Shown here: piece after piece, positions 12,101 through 23,523 of the stretch
Numbering within the stretch: position 1 is the first letter of the stretch
Layout of the letters: each line of letters starts with the position of its first letter
Assembly: GCA_010405405.1 (NCBI GenBank)
Contig: MU004231.1
Coordinates: 3,466,401-3,530,400 of the forward strand
DNA from: Microthyrium microscopicum
Taxonomy: Eukaryota
Length of the DNA stretch: 64,000 nt
Direction of reading: 5' to 3'
The notes under the pieces: generated by a model
The model's database searches: none
What the model was told of the DNA's origin: nothing
Seen by the model: the letters and a program-made list of their open reading frames with translations, nothing else
Translations under genes and position numbers: made by a program

Positions 12101-14123
12101 AGCACGAGACGCCACATCTCAGCCTGCAGAAAAACGCTCCCGAGTGGCCTCTCCAACCAGACCAGCGAACGAATAAAAAGTCCGCAAGTCTGCCGAAATG
12201 TGTTGGCTGTTCAAAGAGGCCTCCACCCCTTTCCCTTCCCGATGAGGCACAAGGCTGAGTCTCCAGCTCCAGCTCAGCCTTGTGGTTCCATGAACGCCCA
12301 ACAACCCCAAAGCCAAAGCGTTCAGAAAGCAGTTCGCAGAATGATCGCTGCATACCTGCATATTACGGCCTCGTAGTATCCTGTCATTATATCCGTGAGC
12401 GATTTGCTATTCTTACTTCACGCGGGTGTACATAATATGCTACGATCGACAGGATTTTCCAAGACTAATTCAACATGAGCCTGATACCCGGAGCCCATGT
12501 CCATTTAATATAGCGAACTTACAACTCCCTGGCAACCTGTCACGCCGGACACGTTTTTTAGATTAGCTGGCTAAAACACCAGCCGTCTAAACCCTCTGCT
12601 TGTTTGCTCGGCAAAACCTTATGAGCGGCGTATAGTCCAGCAACGTGTGAGCTAACAGTATAGAATTCAGCAGTAATCATAAATCAAGCTATCATTCACA
12701 AATTTCAAGCTAATTATATGACGGTCCAGTCATTCGGACATATGGCATTATGATCGATGGTTTTAAGCTCGCTCTCATCTATATTATATGCGAACCCCAG
12801 GATCCCTTGGGAACCCTTGGATCGATCATTGAGGTCCTGCCGCAGTTTCTCGGGCCGTGTATTTTTGGTGGACAGGGCAGGGATGTGATGTTTTCCATGG
12901 GACGAGTACGAAACATTCAGACTTAGGCGTTGCGTTTGGAAGCTTGACTTTCAAAGAGTGGGTTGAAACTTTTGAGATAACGTTTGGGTTTCTATGCGAT
13001 GTTGATGTCAAGAGCCGAAGAAGCTTATGGTTGTTTAAACATAGGTAGGGACCGTGTGGCTGCTTGGGGTTCTTGAGATTTTCTAGACATGAAGTTATTT
13101 GGAGGATGATGCGGGTACTTGACGGAATCACTGGGGTTTTATGATGTCTCTTTCGAAAGACTGAGGTCGGTAAACGAAGCTATCTCAGTGATGATATGCG
13201 TCAAATACGATCAATTCATTTGATCGTTCTTTGAAGTTCCTGGGCGGTGAAATGCTCATTCATAGCTGATGGGCACAACTTCGTCACTGAACGATGACTA
13301 GGTACCTAAATTTAGTCCGAACTCAGTGCCAAAACGCAATAGATCTCTGTATCAAGAGCTGGCAGTAGTATATTGGTTACTGAAGTAATTGAAGTGAAGC
13401 GAAGTCAGAATCGACTTGACCTGGCCTGTTAGCCTCATAGCTCTACTGTAACAGCCAAAGTCACCAGCCTCGTTCTCGATAAGGAGTAAGGTGTACCTTA
13501 TATACAAGCTTTCAGATTGTTCTTGTCCAAAATTCGTATCAAAGCTCAACTTATGACGACGAAAACATGTTTGGATATAATTTTATAAGATGGAAGATAT
13601 TCAATGTGGGAGTCTTGTCTTCTCAACACTTTCAGCAAATTTTTGCTCAAAGTATAACAGCGTCCTCTCGAGCACCGTCATGGATATTCAAAACTAGTCA
13701 TAGAGTATTATTTAACACTTTTCGCTGGGAAATTGACGAAAAGTCTGAGATATTGACAATCAACATACAGGTGGGCAACATATGCGTTCCGTCATCAGTG
13801 TCATTTTCGGGGTTATCAAGAAGTCGATTTTCGGAGTTATCGAGAAATTTCGGTTTCGGAGTTATCAGAGAGATACAGCTCATTTTCTAGCAAAATTGGT
13901 CTATATTCGTAGGCTTGAGAGTGCTCCGTCTCATGAAAATAAAGGGCAGCTATCTAACCTCGGCCAGAGTTGACTTGACCCGCTTCATCTGACAACTGTA
14001 CATTTGCTGACCTTCGGCTATATATCTATTGCAAAGTTGACCATACTTAATCATTTCGACCATTCGCATTCGATCAAGTCCTACTACTCACACATTTATC
14101 TCATCCTCAAAAGAATCGACACC

Positions 14124-14547
14124 ATGGCTATCGAACTGATCGCAGTATTCCACCCGGCTCCTGGCAAGACTGACAGAGTAATTGAACTAGCCTAAGCATT
14201 CGTTGAACCTTCTGACTGAGAATAAAGATTGTTGAACTGCTCTCAGGAGTTGCAAAGATCGTAGAGGCCAAAGAGACAGGCACGTTGAGATATGAGATCC
14301 ACAAACAGATTGGCGCCGAAAATCCCAAAGTCTACGTTACAGAAAGGTAAACAGAGTTCGTCTACCAATCTGATCGAAACACATGTTTACAGCTTGTAGA
14401 TATACCGACAAGGCGGCGCTAAAACAGCATGGGAAGTTCCCAGAGTTTGCCGAGATGAACAAGGCTTTCGCGAATGAAGGTCTTTTGGCTGACAATCTGG
14501 AAATACATGTCATGACACCTGCAGGAGGAATGGCAAGCCGACTGTAA
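14124..14547 (+). CDS. Small ABM (antibiotic biosynthesis monooxygenase-like) domain protein with C-terminal SRL (PTS1); 3 exons
   Basis: Spliced exons 14124-14177, 14228-14346 and 14400-14547 give MAIELIAVFHPAPGKTDRIVELLSGVAKIVEAKETGTLRYEIH...ERYTDKAALKQHGKFPEF...GGMASRL*. Confidence 0.8.
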
Positions 14548-14594
14548 GCCTAGAAAGAAGGACGATTGATTAGTTCATGTACATTCATCCTCTG

Positions 14595-15469
14595 CTAGAC
14601 CCAGTAGTAAGAGTATACATCTAGTCCCATGAACGCGTCCTTGTAATGCTCCGCGACGCCATCGCCACCAGCACCAGCGCATACAATCAACGGCATGAAA
14701 TGCTCGCCGGCTTGTGGCGGATGCATCTTCTTGCCGCCTGGCCATTCTCTCCATCCTGTGAACTTTCTGGATCGCTCTTTGAGATCCTGCTCTGTAGCTG
14801 CCGCAGTGACGGCCTTGCTCCATTCTTCGTTGAGTGCTTTGAATGGTGGTTCTTTTATCTCACCGCTGAACATGACACGTAGATTGTGAATTGATGCGAA
14901 TCCAGAACCGATGATTGCAACGTTGGAATCCCTCAGTTTGCTTAATGCCTGTCCCATGGTAAAATGCGTTTCTGGGTCTTCGGAAGAGAGTACTGAGATC
15001 TGTACGATTGGAATTTCGTGTTTGGGATCGATCAGAAGCATGGGAATGAATACTCCGTGATCCCAACCTAAACATGTCAGCCATCAACTTCGTTCATCAG
15101 AGCCAACAAGAAAGTACCTCGTGTCGAGTCCATTCTCGGTCCAAGGCCCTGTGATTTGAAGAGATCAAATACTTCTTTAGCCACCGCAGGTTCACCAGGC
15201 GCTGGATATTGGAGCTTGTAGGCCTCTGGAGGGAAACCTCCATAATCATACAGAAGATTATGTTTCTCGCCATTCGATATAGTAGGTTTAGTTTCCGACC
15301 AATGTGCCGTCACCAAAACAATTGCACGCGGTGCCTCTGGTGTTCCTAATCGAAGTAGTTTCGGTACCTTGTTCTTCAACGACTTGACAATTTCTGCATG
15401 GCCAGGATCGCCCAACACTGGCATAGGACCTCCGCCATGAGATAGAGAGATGACAGCTCCACGGGTCAT
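14595..15469 (-). CDS. Extradiol ring-cleavage dioxygenase, LigB/DODA (4,5-DOPA dioxygenase-like) family; intron about 15068-15117
   Basis: Motifs SHGGGP, VTAHW, LLYDYGGFP, RGWDHGVFIP, GSGFASIHN and HP...EHFMPL. Confidence 0.9.
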
Positions 15470-16622
15470 ATTTTCTGTTAGCTGCGGGATATATTCGTTT
15501 AGTGGTGCTTGATTTGAGAACGGGTTGGAGTAGCCCGGCAGTAGATCTACGCCACGGGCCGGAAAGCTGAGAATGGAAGGGACAAACAATCGTCGAGCAA
15601 GCATTCCCTACCCCGTACTTATACCATTTATTATCAGCCTTTCGAAAGGCCGATTAAGTTTTTAAGTGAGCTTGGAAATGTATGGTCTTGAGAACGTCGC
15701 TGGTCCCATTATTTGTCAGCCTAGTGAACGCGGAAATTCCGCGGGCGCATAAACCTTGCATGAGGCTGAATAATTAAATAATAAGGCTGAAATCATGCTG
15801 GGCAATATCGGAATATTTGGTATGCGATAGCTTAAATTGTATATTTTGTTGGCATTCATTACTTGGCAAGTGGACGAAGCAAATGCAGTATATGTATCAT
15901 TTGCATGCAATTTTGAGCAGTTACTAACACAGCAGATGGCCCAGTGTGGGAATAAGTTTGGCTCCTCAATACCTTACAAGCTTAACCACATTGGGCCAAT
16001 ACCACCATCGTATTGGTTGTTCCTAGGGTGGTCACTTAAACCCATTCATGGACATTAAAAAGAATTGTGACAAAGAAAACTCAGTCAGTCTGGTTTGGCT
16101 TGGATGTCAATCGCCCACTCCGTCGGGAGGGCGATTGGCATCCAAGTTTTTGCTGGATCTGTGGAGTGAAGCCACCAACCTGCTACAAGGCTGTTGGTTC
16201 AATTCTCGGTGAGGTCTTGACTTTAAGTTCCAATTTTTTTCTACTTTCTCTGATTCTAGAGTAGCATGGCACGATGTTTAGAAAGTATGTTCAATAGGTG
16301 TTCAATAAGAATTATGTATGTAATGGAAGAGTATGTACAGCCTCCCATTCTTTTGGTTCCGCAGTTTTGGACGAATAAGCTAAGAACAGCTAATAACAAC
16401 AGTGGTGAAGAGAACAGAAACCGATCAACCGCAAGCTTTCAAGAATTGAACGCCTTGTATGTAGGGTATTGTAGAACATCCCATCTCTTGCTTATCCTGA
16501 GCCACAAATATCCGCAACGCCTTCAATAAGAAAATGAATGACCCGAGTCGTAAGAAACCTTGAGAACGGAAAATGTGCCCAGTTTTGAAACCAGAAGCAT
16601 ACTACGTATGTAATAAGCTGCC

Positions 16623-17609
16623 TCAATGCATTTGATGAAGCGCAACTCCGCTTTTATCCAGCCGACGGTTGACAGCACCTAGGACAACTTTGAGGATGCC
16701 ATCGGCGTTGAGGGTGGTACCAGTCTGCCCAGTCCAGGGGACGGTATCAACCATATCCCGAATTTCTTTGCCATTACGATCGCAGAGATTATCATCGAGG
16801 TACTTGAGATATTCGCGAGCAAGAGGAGACTGGCCGACTTGGAAGAATTGAATGCCCACTTGCCACGCAGGAGCCTCCAGCTTGTCAAGCTTTTTGGCGG
16901 CGGCGATGAGCGGCGAGTCGACATCATCGGTTGCCTCTCCGTCAGTGATGACGATGATGTTGAGAGGCTTGATATTTTCGCCATGCTTCTTGAACTTCTC
17001 TAGGTACTCCTTAAGAATGACATGTAGTCGCTGGCCTGTTGGAGTTGCTCCTCGCGGTGTGACCATGGAGAAGACTTCATGGACAGTCGATGGTAGCTGA
17101 ATGTTGTGGAAGGCTTTTTGGTCTGGTGTATTCAGGAAATAGATATCAACGCCATCAGAATCATGCGCCGTACACACTGGAGTTATTGCTGCAAGTGCCT
17201 CTCGTGTTTGGTTCCAGTTGCTGCCGAGCATGGAAGTTGAATCGTCGATGACAAATATGGTATCGAATTTCGCAAGAAAGCTGAAACGGTTATCTTCTGA
17301 CTCTCGTGCGGTGGCCGGTACATCGGATGCAACTGCGCTATACGCTGGAGGTGCGCCTTGGGCATTGGGCGGCGCGAGGTGTTGACTTCTATTCACCACG
17401 GGAAAGGAACTGCTTTGTGTTGGGCTTGTGGGACTACCAGTTGCCGTTGACCATGAGTTCGTTTTAGATGAGGATGCACTGGCAGCACTGCTAGCTTTGC
17501 TGTGTCGTCGTGAAATCTTCTTGGAGAGCGAACTAAAAAATCCGGAAGACATGTTGGAGTTGATGGAATTGAGGGAAGGGTGCGGAGAAGGTGCTAGTAC
17601 AAAAGGCAT
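16623..17609 (-). CDS. Fungal von Willebrand factor A domain protein
   Basis: MIDAS motif DDSTS, plus TPTG, IVITDG and GIQFFQVG; Ser-rich N-terminus. Confidence 0.85.
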   Translation of the reverse strand: MPFVLAPSPHPSLNSINSNMSSGFFSSLSKKISRRHSKASSAASASSSKTNSWSTATGSPTSPTQSSSFPVVNRSQHLAPPNAQGAPPAYSAVASDVPATARESEDNRFSFLAKFDTIFVIDDSTSMLGSNWNQTREALAAITPVCTAHDSDGVDIYFLNTPDQKAFHNIQLPSTVHEVFSMVTPRGATPTGQRLHVILKEYLEKFKKHGENIKPLNIIVITDGEATDDVDSPLIAAAKKLDKLEAPAWQVGIQFFQVGQSPLAREYLKYLDDNLCDRNGKEIRDMVDTVPWTGQTGTTLNADGILKVVLGAVNRRLDKSGVALHQMH

Positions 17610-18808
17610 GTTGAAAATATTTAAAAGGGTACAGTGAGACTTTCACAAGCGTTTGACTGTTTGTCTGAGAGGCGATTGCTTGATCTGGTAAGTCTGGGTC
17701 ATGAAGTTACCTAGTGCTTTGACTTTGGTAGGAGCTACCTGATAGACTTTTGGCCAAGGCTCTGAGACTTTATACAAAAGTCAGGTGCGATCGTCTACAA
17801 AGACACTTTGAAAGGTTAAACAAGAGAAGCGGCGAAGCACCATGGCCCAACCGCATATCTACAGTAGAGCCGTAGTCTGCCTCATTAGACCGCGGCAAGG
17901 TTGAAGGAACAAATGCTTGCTCCATCTTATGGTTCGATATACAGGCGCCGCATCTCCATATTAGTTTTATAGCTCCTTTGAGGCAGACGTACGGTTCGAT
18001 TGTGGAGTGTCGCGCAGTTGAATGCAACATCTGATGGGGCTGTGCAGACCAATGTGATTGGCTAACAAGACCTGCCCCTTTTCGGGTGGCTGAGCCTTTT
18101 CAAGGCACTTTCATGAGCAAGCGCCGCGGTATATTGATCTGACACTATGTAGGTAGTGTTGAGGTCATTGAAGGCAGAATCGCACAAACCCAGGAGGTAG
18201 AGGGATAGCCCGGTACATTATAGGAAAGGACATGAAATTCTCGTGGAAGAATGATGTACGAGGCAGATCAATATAGACAGTAAAGGTGAGCGTGGAGAAA
18301 CGTCAAATATCCTTGATGGACTCGGAAGAGCTGTTGTTTCCACGCAAACATGTAAATAGAGATGGTCCATGGAGGTGAAAGCGCGATTCATTGATGATGG
18401 TAGATGGGACTCAACGAACGAGCAAAATAAATGGCGCGCTCGCACCAGCTTCGTTGGCTCCCATCCGCTCCGTTCTTCTATTAACTGCTTCGTTTCCATT
18501 TGATGCGAAGAAACACCTGTTGGGCAATGCATATGATTGAGTGTAGAGAGTCTGATGTTTATAAGGTGCGGTGGTTGAGCGCCATTCATTTTGTGAGGTC
18601 TACTAAGGAATTCAAGCCACGCGGCTTTAAAGGTTGATCCGCCGAGATATCTCCGTTATGTTCTTCAACTCCCGACTGATACCTTTCGTTGCCACAATCT
18701 TCTACACCTTCGCGACCTTCTTGCGGCGACATGTTTTGACCTCTGAATCCTTAGCGTAGCGTTGCTTCAAGCCTTTACTTCATTTAGAAGCGAAAGTATC
18801 CACCAGAG

Positions 18809-20120
18809 ATGTCCGCGGATGATGAAGACTCCCCAACAATCATCATCGATCCCGCTGGCGACGTTGTCATAACGATCGCCGACGAACGCTACCCATTGTC
18901 CACTGCATCCTATCGAATCAAATCCGAAAAGCTACAAAATTGCTCACCCTATTTCAAGCGACTTATTGGATCATCCAGTTTTAGCGAAGGTGCCAATATC
19001 CAAGCTCAGCTTGTTCAGCTTCATAAGAAGTATCAAGATGCCAAGGACGCGCCAACCGCAGAGCTTCCATCTGTCAATGTGGACCATATTGGACAGATAG
19101 GAAAAGTCAAAGATATCAGGGGACTGATGACAGACTTCTTCAGAATCAATCATGATTTGGGTATTTCCGGAGGACACCTCTCGGTGCCACTTACAAATTT
19201 AGCAAATTTATGCATTGTATGTGATAGATTTGATAGTCTGGAAATCCTTAAAAGATATGTAATATCCAACAATATATTTGCGGGTACTCAAAGACGCAAA
19301 TCTCTACCAGCTAGGGATACTTGGAACGAAGAAAGGAGCCGCATGAGAATGCTTGTGGCGGTACTCCTGAATCATGCTCCCTGGTTTGAGGATACTGCGC
19401 AGTTAATCGCGAAAGGCTCACGAGTTTGGGCTGAGCCAGAAGATACAGCAGACAGGGCGCTATGGTGGGACTTGCCAATGATAGAAGGTAATGTTTTGAC
19501 TTTTTGGTTTTGAACTTGTTAGGAAATGGCTAACAGACCCACCAGATGAATTGAAGTGTCGGCGATCAGCCATTATCTCGACCATTTCATCACTTCTGAG
19601 CCATTGCGTGTCTCTTTACACTTCCGGAACCTTGCAATGTAAACTTGGTTACTCTAATTCACTGCAATGCGACGTCTACCAGCTTGGAGAGATCGTCAAA
19701 TTCTTCAATCGACTCGGATTGATGACACTCGAGTCCACGATGGCGGGTACTGACGGCCGTGATCCTTTCGATGGGGATATTATCAAGGCCTTTGAGTTGC
19801 TCCGACAAGTGCCAGCTTATCAAATTGATAAGGATCACGCACACTGCGGTCTTCGAAATCGTCTCATACCCTCTATAGATGATATCCAAACTCGCCTGAA
19901 TCAACTTGCAATTTGCGGCGACTGCTGGAGCACGGATCGAGCAGCACTACTATGGACTTCTGCGAAGAAACCTCTCATATTCTCCTCTCAATCATCCCAA
20001 GACGAAACTCGTCGAAGAATTATGAGGACCTCCAAGTTGGGTCATACTTGCACAAAGTCTCATGAGCGTATTAGAGACTTGTGTCTCTCTGTGGATAAGA
20101 ATTGGAAAATTCCCCGCTAG
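18809..20120 (+). CDS. Conserved fungal protein with an N-terminal BTB/POZ-like region; intron 19488-19545
   Basis: IDPAGDVVITI...YRIKSEKLQNCSPYFKRLI...FSEG and LANLCIVCDRFD resemble fungal BTB proteins; the GTAATG...CAG intron joins the two ORFs in frame. Confidence 0.7.
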
Positions 20121-20650
20121 ATGTCTAAGTATGTATAGACTGACAAAGGGTCGGCAAAATCAATGGCGCGCTTCCATCGGCCTCGTTGGCTCCCACACGC
20201 TACGTTCTTTTGTCAAGTGCTCTCTTTGCCAAAAAGGCCGTTCTTACTGTAACGATTCATCGAATACAATGGACAATATAGCACCTGTTGTTTAACAGCC
20301 TTGATAGCTTGCATTAGAGTTGACGGGAGTACGCCATTTATTTCACCATGCCGTTCACTGATTAGTTTGCACTTTTAGCATCATTTGAAGGAGTTTGATC
20401 ATGGTAAACCGCATGTACATATCGTCAGCTGAACTGATTTTACTATAGATCTTAGACATTACACGCAAACTCAGGGTGTCCTTACTAGAGCACTGATTCA
20501 ATTCCACTACGCTGGCAATAGCTATGTTATATCAATACCCATGAAAATACAGGTGTACAAATTTTGTGGCAAGACGAGGACAAGAAAGTCTCTTAGTTTG
20601 GGCACATATATGCCGGCCACTAAATGGAAAGAAGTACTTCGATACTTCTC

Positions 20651-22014
20651 TCACCGACTTGTTTCAGAAACCTCAACCGTCTTTGGTTGTGCCAGGCCTT
20701 CCTTGGTCGTCTCAACGTCGCTGCTACGTTCGCTATCAGCTCGGGTAACAACACCAGCCTCTCTAGTGTTCGTCTTGGCCTTTGCCTTCATCAATGGGTA
20801 TCGGCCGTGTGTTTCACGGAAACGCATGATGACAAATCCGACAATGACAGTGATCCAGTAGAGGTTATATGAGATAACTGATCCATAGGTCGCGGAGTTT
20901 GTCCATCCAAAGAGAGCGTTGAATATGCCCCATCCGCCACCACCGTTTAATTCTGGACTACAGCACTGTCGACGATTAGTTCAGCTGCCATAAATCCCTA
21001 CACCAAGGGAAACATACGTTGACGTGCCAAACACTGGAACGAATGTCATAGGATCCAGGACCATTACCAACTTCGGCGGCATCTCCACCAACGACTTTGT
21101 TCCACTTCGGTTGATTAGCTCGATCCGTATAATCAGAGTGCCAGTCTTACCTTGTTTGCCTCGAAATAGCCAACACCACGAGAAAAGAGTCCAGCCGCGA
21201 CGAGGTACAAGAAACAGGTTGAGATAATCAAGAAGATCTGGAGGGTAGTGCGATTTCCTCCCCTAGTTTTGAAGTCAGTGGGGCGCTGAAGACTTTGTGT
21301 TTCGGACTTACTTATAGATAAGCACACCTACGACTGCACCAGCGAGGAGACCACAGATGACTGCCAAAGGAAAGGCCGTCGCTGGAAGACCAAGACCTAC
21401 CCCACCGATAAAAACCACGGCTTCGAGACCTTCTCTCAAAACTGTGATGAAAGGAAGGAGGAACATGGCATATCTCTCAGTCCACTTCTTGAATCGAGTC
21501 CCTAGTGGATGGCGTTCATGGCTGTAGTCGCGTTTCTCTAGTGCTTTGGCAATCTTCTGGTGCCAATCTGACTTGATTTTGGAGACCCGAAGAAGAGCAG
21601 CGCCCATGATGGTGATGATGATGGTTGCAACCAAGGCAAACACTCCTTCCCAGATGTATTCGGATTTAGAAAAGGCGTCTTTGTTCAGTCCATAAAAGGC
21701 ACCGATCATCCCCGCACCAATGATGACAACTATCACCAAGCCGCTTATTACACCCAGCCAGATCTCGAAATGGTCAGAATGGTTTTTTGGACGAGAAGTG
21801 GAGAACAAGAACCTGTTTTCTGAGCCGTTTGTAGGCAACATCATTCTCCTCCGGCTTAAGAGACTGCTTCAAGAAAGATAACAGTACTGAAACAATAATA
21901 CTGGTTTCAAGACATTCTCGAAAACATATGAAGAACACTTCATTTACGTTAGTCTTCAGCTTGGGTACGATAGAGGACGGGTACCATACCTGGCACAGCA
22001 AAGACGTTGACCAT
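20651..22014 (-). CDS. FTR1: High-affinity iron permease Ftr1, multi-exon
   Basis: Start [25 protein letters not shown], second REXXE motif LREGLE, also GPGSYDI and [15 protein letters not shown]; ends [10 protein letters not shown]. Confidence 0.95.
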
Positions 22015-23523
22015 TTTGGAGGGGCTGGAGCCACTGAATGTCTCAGTACCAACAGGCGCAAGGAAATCAAGTAATTAATGAAAGCCTTTGGGTTACGGCT
22101 ATGTTTACTTTGACTTGAGGGAAAAAGAAGGAGCAAGATTCGATTTCGATTTGATATGATTGATCTGATTAAGGAAAAAAGATAGAGTTGCGGATCAGAT
22201 AACTTTAAAATGACTGCAGGGCGCAGCCAGACCTGGGTAAAACCTTTCCTTCCCAAGTTCTCATGCCATCTTTCCCACCATCTCGCCTCTGAGCGATTTC
22301 GCTGACTTGTTTGATCCACCAAAATGGCTTTCTCCGGGGTCGGCAGACCTGCAGGGTGGACAGCAGAGGCGTATTTCCTTAGGCTCTTTCGACCATCATT
22401 GGTCCACCTCCACCCACCGAATTTGTCAATTCTCAAGGTCAAGGTTTTGCAGGCTGGGCATGGCAACAATTCTGTTTTCTTTTCTGCGCAACGAGGAAAG
22501 GCATGTGTTGATGTTTAAGACATCCTGCAATACCACCGTCTGCTACCAAGTAATTGTCGTACTCGGAAGCTGATTGTTTGCAGGTTCGTCATGGAGTCTG
22601 GACCTATCCACATTGCACATTGCCCACCGACTACCGGTGCGTTGGAGTCTATAACTGACTAGACAATAAACAGGAAGGTGCTTCCCCGCCGGGACTTTTC
22701 AACCCATTGATATTTCGGAAGCTCTGGCCGGAGACCATCTGCTTTACGCAGCTGCGAGTAGGATCTGCAATTTGCGTCTCCAAGACCAGCCAAAGACATC
22801 AAACTTTTTTCTCGTCTGGAGTACCCAGCAGCCTGGTGTTAACGATCAAACGCTTGAATAAGTTTGCTGCAGAGGCATAGCCCACGCTAGTCTCTCCCGA
22901 GTTCCGGGAAGCGAATTCTCCATTCTTCGTCACGAAACTGGTGGTAGCCAAGACACGTTTTTGAGGCCTTTTGATGGTGGAACCTGGTCGGATGTCGCTT
23001 GGCCATGCTGATTATCTTATCAATCGTCCTATCAGATATAATTTTTCGTCTTTAGCGTTCATTCAAGGCGCGTCTTCATCCCGGTGATGACCACAACCCA
23101 GATGCACCAGAGTGGGCTTGGGCGAGTCAATCAATGCAATGGCCTGCAAGCGGCCCTTCTCGCTGGATCTATCGACACTTCAGAAGGCTAATTCCCTGTC
23201 ACCCGAAAATGCCACTCGAAGGGCTTGCAGTAATTGGCGCAGAAAATTCTCGTTTCTCGCGAGTTCAACTTTCAACATCAGGAGAGGTCAACGAGCTACG
23301 GCACTTGCCAGCCGACGATCGGCCCAGATGGCCTTGCAATCGCCTGGTGGCGGGGGGTGTTGTCAGCCAGTCCTGCGCTCTAAATTCCGTCCAATATCTT
23401 TTACCTCTTAGGCTCTTAATCAATCTTATCAAACTTATCAATCTCATCAGCCTTCCGGCGTTTTTATATTTGTCTACAATTGAAGAATAACGCGAAGGCT
23501 TGACGAAAATCAACTCGTTGTTC
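22015..23523. promoter_or_regulatory. Bidirectional FTR1-FET3 promoter with SreA/Sre-type GATA elements
   Basis: Exact ATCAGATAA at 22194-22202; near matches at 22163-22171 and 23031-23039; TTATC clusters at 23012-23021 and 23425-23439. Confidence 0.75.

Noticed and set aside
11388..12361. 214-aa ORF and neighbouring short ORFs
   Set aside because: Non-ATG start for the longest ORF, no recognisable domain, and no consistent exon structure found.
21774..22469. 231-aa minus-strand ORF upstream of and overlapping FTR1
   Set aside because: Read-through of promoter, UTR and intron sequence in frame with FTR1 exon 2; the true start is the ATG at 22014.
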